Of a stretch of DNA of 64,000 bases, positions 58,305 to 64,000 are shown piece by piece. This DNA comes from Owenia fusiformis. Its lineage: Eukaryota. Positions within the stretch are counted from its first letter, which is position 1, and every line of letters begins with the position of its first letter. The stretch spans positions 10,354,001-10,418,000 of the forward strand of contig CAIIXF020000001.1 of NCBI GenBank assembly GCA_903813345.2. Reading direction: 5' to 3'. Made by a program: the position numbers and the translations under genes. The notes under the pieces were generated by a model. The model was not told where the DNA came from, searched no databases, and saw nothing but the letters and a program-made list of their open reading frames with translations.

Positions 58305-61192
58305 TTAGTATTTGTAATCTACTTCAAAGAGGTGTCCGTTCATATCCCCTACTAGAAGATTGCCCTGATGACCTATAGTCACTGCCATAGGTCCAGCCAG
58401 TCCATCACCCCTAGTGAGGAGATGTTGTAAGAAGTTCCCATCTGAGCTGATTAAACTGACTCTATGATTCCAATAGTCAGCTACTATGATGTGCTCCCCA
58501 TCAGAACACACTCCATGTGGAGAGTGTAACTGTCCTTCTTCTGATCCAATAGTACCATACTGCAGCAGCTTCTTACCCTGTCTGCTCACCACTGTGATAC
58601 AGTCTCTACCCATATCGGACACAATCACATTGTTGTTGTTACTTACTGCAATGTAATGAGGCCAATCAAACAATTCTGTATCTGATGTTGTATGCAGCTT
58701 TTCGCCAGTTTGATAGTTTATGTGTGATATAGTCTTAGTATATGTGTCGCTAACAACTAACTCACCATCACTATTACATGCAATACCACTTAGATTAGTG
58801 AATGGTGTGGTGATGTCTTTGATGTGCTGACCATCTTGAGCGTAGATGCAAATAACTCCATTACCATCACCATCACCATCGTCACTACCACTTATAAATG
58901 CTAGACAGTTATCAGGTGTAAGTGTGACACATCTCATAGCCTTCTCTATTGTCTTGATCAGATGCAAGTCAAATTTGATTTGTACACATTTCTCTCTTAC
59001 AAATACTAACCACCGTGCATCTACAGCTACTACATCATGAATGTAATTTAACAAATAAGATGCTTTAGATTGTTTTAAACTAGTCTTCCTGAATTTTGGT
59101 TTTTTTACGTTCAATGACACAGGAATCCTCTGTGTAGAATAAGAACCAGTAGAAACCTGACCAACCATTCTACTCTTGTTATATCCTGTATCCTGGTGAC
59201 TTGTGACATTTTGGTGATCTCCCATCTTTGAATATCTTGTTGCAGATTGACTTTCAGTGTCGCTCTGACCAAGAAATGTGGGCTTGATTCTCTCAACTTC
59301 TTTAGTTAGAGCTGATCTGTGTTCATGAGCATCATCAGTAATTGGGGTCAAGATATTAGATTGATTTAGAACATTGATGTCACCCTGGGGACTCTCAGTA
59401 CTGAATGGGCTTTGGACACTCATTTCACTAAGTGCACTTGGTGGATTTCCATAATTCAATCGGCTTTGAACACTCATAGCACCCTCAACACTTGGCGGGT
59501 TTCCATATCCTATTATCCAAAATTCATTTTGTCTTTCAGGAAATCCTAGAGAAATAGATCAAGAGGATGGTGTAAATAAAGAAGGTTGAGCAATATATGG
59601 TGTTTTGCTTTGTAACACATTCTACGTTTTGATTATAGTGAGTTTGGGTTTAAGGTACATAGAAAAAATAAATGTGAAGGATGGTCAAAACTGTTAGCTA
59701 TAATAAGTGTTCTATATCTGTTGATTCTGAATTGTATCATATTTTTATTTATAATCAATGATAGTGGAAAACTGATAAACAGCATAATTTGAAAAGTTAT
59801 TATTATTTATCAAATATTATTATTATTTATTTAAAAGATTCATAAAAAGTGTTTTTTGAAAATAATGTATAATGTGTTTTACAACACATAGTGCTGTATT
59901 TGATCATCTAAATTGTATAACTTTTGATGTTAAATGGCAGGAAATTCAAATATGTAAAAAAATTAAAAAACAAGAGGAACAACCTTTTTTTCTAAAGTCA
60001 ACTTTTTTGAAGAAATGACTCACAATAATATTTGGATGCTTAATAAACAATAATGTCAAACTTGGCGTGGGGCCTTTAAGGCTAAGAATCTTATTTTTTA
60101 TACCCAGTGGAAAACATTTTTTGACTTGTATACTCAGAATTTAATTATTATATAAGCCAATGCGTAAAATATAATATAAGGTATGTGATCATTTTGGATG
60201 TTTCTGGCTAAGAGGCTTTTTCTTAGGAGGTAGTATGATGTAAGCACTGATTATCTACCTACCTAGTTTAGTCTTGACATACTCCTCCACTTTTCTAGCA
60301 AGATCTTGTCTTTTTGCTTCCCTCAAGGCTTTCCATAACATCTCTGCCAGTGGTGCACCAGGTTGTTGCTTCTTCTTCCACTTTGTGAGCATTTCATAGC
60401 CCCATGTACTGGCATCCAGTTGATGTGTCTTTTGGACACTGACCAGTTCATCATCTGTGAAACCAAGGTGGATCCCAATTGATTTAAACTGCTTTCCCAT
60501 CTGTTGACCAATTTCTAGAAGTAGGGCAGTGTGGTACCTATCTGCAATAAAAGTGTTTTTGTCACACAGTGTTTTGGACTTCATGAAAAAGAATAAGGCT
60601 GATACTAAGATAAACTGATGTAATACATTTCAGGTATAGCTGGTTTCCAAAAGTCAACAGTTGTTGATAACTTTGTAAAAGGGGGGGGGGGGCAATTGGT
60701 GATTTGAAAGTGAGAGAATTTTTATCCCCCGAAACATTTAAATAGAGGTTATATCATCTTGGATGAATACAGAATACTCTAATTAAAAAAGGAAATTATC
60801 CTATATCAAGAGACAATAGAACTGAGTGATGTAAAAAGGTAAAAAAGAAATGAAATCTTCAGTACTGTCTCACTTGTATTAGACTGTTCACATTCTGTCA
60901 CCATCCCAGCTAGGTCATTTCTATTTGCTTTTTCTAGTGCTTTGCATAATTTCTCTGCCAGTGGTGCATCAGATTCTTGCTCCTTCTTCCACTTTGTGAG
61001 CATTTCATAGCCCCATGTACTGGCATCCAGTTGATGTGTCTTTTGGATGTTCTTCAGTTCATCATCTGTGAAACTAAGGTGGAGCCCAATTGCAGTAAAC
61101 TCGTTTCCCATTTGTGGACCAATTTTCAGAAACAAATGTGTATAATACTCATCGGTATCTATCTGGTCACCAGTTCTTACATCACTTTCCAT
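58305..61192 (-). CDS. Tandem death-domain + C-terminal NHL beta-propeller protein (~612 aa)
   Basis: Exons 61192-60874, 60541-60263, 59545-58305 (1839 nt, phase-1 introns, in-frame stop upstream of the ATG). Two death-fold modules (IGLHL.FTDDEL..IQ..YEMLTKWKK..LCKALEKANRNDLA). NHL repeats (PHYIAVSNNNNVIVSD, GSEEGQLHSPHGVCSDGEHIIVADYWNHRV). Confidence 0.85.
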
Positions 61193-62110
61193 TGTAAGAG
61201 ATCTTTTTGCTTGTCTAGTTTATGTTGTACATTGTCGAGCCACTTCAGTAATAGAATATGTTACTCCATCTCATTGATTGAGTGATTACTTTATTGGTAT
61301 AGTCCTCACCATCATGTTAATTCTGTCAAGAGAATGGTCATATTTGTTATCTTAATTGCATAGATGTTACTGTTCATATTTTTACTTACTAAGTATGCAT
61401 CTCAAATCAAAAGAAATTAATGATACTGACAGTACCTCAGAGAGTAAATGACAGCCATCACACTGTATGAAAATTAGCGTAACCCAGCAAAGTGAGCAAT
61501 TTGGATGGAATTCAGAGAGAGATTCAGTAAAGGATTGGTATCGATATGGAGAATTAAATTCAACAAAGTTTTTCTCTTAAACCAATTATTGAAAACATTC
61601 TGTAAAAAACATGGTCCTTTATGTAATGTTGATTGATTGACAACAATTTAATGCGAAAATAATTTATATATATTTTATATAACTGTTTTTGTTAACATTG
61701 TTTGTTTTTAGTGCAATTTATTGTTTTTTGTTCCTTTTTACCATTTCTTGAGAATGAAATAAAATATCTTTCCGAAGCTTGATAGGACAAAATAGCATAT
61801 ACAACATTTTCTTAGACTTCCCAAAATTATAGTTGTACAAAGGAAATTTTGGTTGATTTAACAAAAAGTATTCAAAAAATTAAAACAAAAACCAACGAAA
61901 TAGATAAAAACTAAGATAAACCTTTAATTTCATTAACGAGATACTTTTTTTAAATCAACCAAACTTTCCTTTGTATAATTACAAAATTGAGAGACATAAA
62001 CATGTTGTGTTTATGTCATTTTGTTTCAAGGAGGTTTGGATAGATGTTTCATTTCATTTTGAACATATGAACAATATAGAGAACAATATAGAGAAAAGTA
62101 TATATATCTA

Positions 62111-62744
62111 CAGGGTGTCAAATAAGTCTGTTCTCCCCCCTTAACTTTTTTATCTTTAAATTTATCATACTTTCCCATATATCATTTTGAAGCTCATTGA
62201 AAATGCTGATCACCCTCAAAAAATCAAACATAAACTCCTCCTAATAAAATTGCTACAATGTTTCTTGTAAGGTTGTAGTTGACCTTTGATTACGTCAAAA
62301 CAAGTAAAATTACCAGGTAATAGTGAATGAAAAGTGAAAAGTTGATACTGCAGTGACAATGCCAACATTGGGTGATTTCGATGTTTCCCAATATCGTTAC
62401 AGAGTAAAATTTGTTACATTCAGGGGAGCCTTTGAAGCAGGGGAATCTTTCATCACAAAATAGTTGATAACACCTAGAATCAAACGTTCTGAATGATTTA
62501 TACGGGATCTTATCCTCGTAGAACTGAGGCCATCTGGGCTGCTGGGGGAGACATGAAGACTATTAAAAAAGTGAAATATGGACATTACTAAAAATACTCT
62601 AAAAAATTTGGAATTTAACCAATCACTCTGAGATTTGGTGTGTGATCAGCAAATTAAATTCCCTTTAAGATGATATATACCAACCCTATGTTATCTCTGA
62701 ATTAAAAAAGTTAAGGGGGGAGAACAGACTTATTTGACACCCTG
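62111..62744. mobile_element. Tc1/mariner-type MITE, TA TSD (related TIR to 29149-29759)
   Basis: TA|CAGGGTGTCAAATAAGTCTGTTCTCCCCCCTTAAC ... GTTAAGGGGGGAGAACAGACTTATTTGACACCCTG|TA. Confidence 0.85.
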
Positions 62745-63577
62745 TATTTCAAATTATATTGTTACCATTCAAAAGATGGCCATTAAATTGACAATGTGTA
62801 AAATTTTCAGAATGTTTTGATGACTGGTTTAAGAGAAACGTGTGTTCAAAAAGTTCGCCATATCGATACCCATCCTTTAAATATTTTTGTAATATATGAA
62901 TTTTCACAAAATTATCCAAATACTGAAGTACAAATGAGGTCATTCGAGACCAAAATCAAGCCAATCATATTAGTATTAAGTATTTTCCTAGTTAATCATG
63001 ATAAATATTCAAATGTAAATCATTAGACCCATTAAATTATAAATTGTAGTAACCATAGCAGCTGAACTATGTGAGCTGAAAATAACAGAATTTAAGACAT
63101 ACCGTATTTGCTAATTTTTAGACAGTTTTTTTTCCTTTGACTGAACAATGTGTGCTAAAAAAATTTAAACACAGAAGAACATTCGTAATGTTTTTGAAAA
63201 GCAGCTATACGGTTCAAAGTCAAACATTTTCAAGTACACATTATTTACGAGTTTTGTTAAAAATTAAACCTACACACATTATGCTTAACATGGATGAAAC
63301 CCCCACACAAAATTGGTTGTTGTCCTGTTCGAGGGATATAGAGAACATCTCTGTCCATCCGTCCATTCCGTCAACATTGGCTGCACAAATTAAAATTGCT
63401 ATTCGTATTGAGTCATATTCACAATATTCACATTGATTTTTTTTGTATATCCATTGTGTCTATTTGACCTGTCAATGCCATTTCCAAAGATAGCCCGGTT
63501 TCCAAGAAATTGCCAATTTTGAGTAACTAACTCAGTAACTTAGTACCTACTGAAGTTTAAGTCTGACTAACTTAAGG

Positions 63578-63949
63578 ACTTAGCTTGTATTCGCGAATGC
63601 AAATGACGGCTACCAGCTATCGGGTTGATTGCAATTTGAGGGAAAACTCATTTAAATATGAATAGTACCTGCCTTGCTTCCCGTTAGCTACCATCTCTCA
63701 CTTTACACCCGGTCGCTGGCCTAAATAACGGGTTAATTTGCCTATTTAGCAGCATGTAACAATGACCTGTGTTCTGTTTGCCAATTCGACAGTTTTATTA
63801 TAATCGGTCATTTCATCCACAACATCCGCAACTGACGGGTTGTTTGTAATTACAACTTCAAAATGACGGTTTAATCTTTGAAAATTAATAGGTTACTAGT
63901 AATCCGGTAGCTGCTAGCCGCTATTTGCATTCGCGAATGCAAGCTAAGT
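63578..63949. mobile_element. Unclassified MITE-like inverted-repeat element
   Basis: ACTTAGCTTGTATTCGCGAATGCAAAT ... ATTTGCATTCGCGAATGCAAGCTAAGT; no clear TSD. Confidence 0.65.
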
Positions 63950-64000
63950 AACTAATAGTTTTTTTCTGGATAAAGTTAATCATTTCCAAACATTATCCGG

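Noticed and set aside
61193-61322. N-terminal extension of the DD-NHL protein
   Set aside because: In-frame stops lie upstream of the ATG at 61192; treated as 5' UTR with short uORFs.

Overview
AT-rich, intron-rich animal (invertebrate-like) genomic DNA; not prokaryotic. Seven spliced genes can be reconstructed by hand with phase-consistent GT-AG introns. They are: an SLC6 Na+/Cl- transporter (-, 5' part), PRPF6 (+, only the C-terminal ~60% is in the window), DLAT (-, complete), MORN2 (+, complete), VCPKMT/METTL21D (-, complete), mitochondrial SHMT2 (+, 3' end beyond the window), and a 612-aa tandem death-domain + NHL-repeat gene (-). The death-domain/NHL gene appears nested in an SHMT2 intron, and the SLC6 gene appears nested in a PRPF6 intron. 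The most striking signal is in PRPF6, which encodes a spliceosome protein. It carries two tandem arrays built from its own exon-intron junctions: about 22 x 29-bp copies of a 5' splice site and 27 x 77-bp copies of a 3' splice site. Every decoy site would introduce a premature stop. Mobile DNA includes a 7-kb Ngaro-type tyrosine-recombinase retrotransposon with identical split direct repeats and an SGNH-hydrolase ORF 5' of gag. It sits inside a 9.66-kb TSD-less Spy-like element inserted at AAA|TTT. There are also two Helentron-type (HINE) elements with 135-bp satellites, a 5'-truncated LINE with a TSD, and many MITEs, including a three-level nest. All coordinates were read by eye; family names come from recognised motifs, not database searches.
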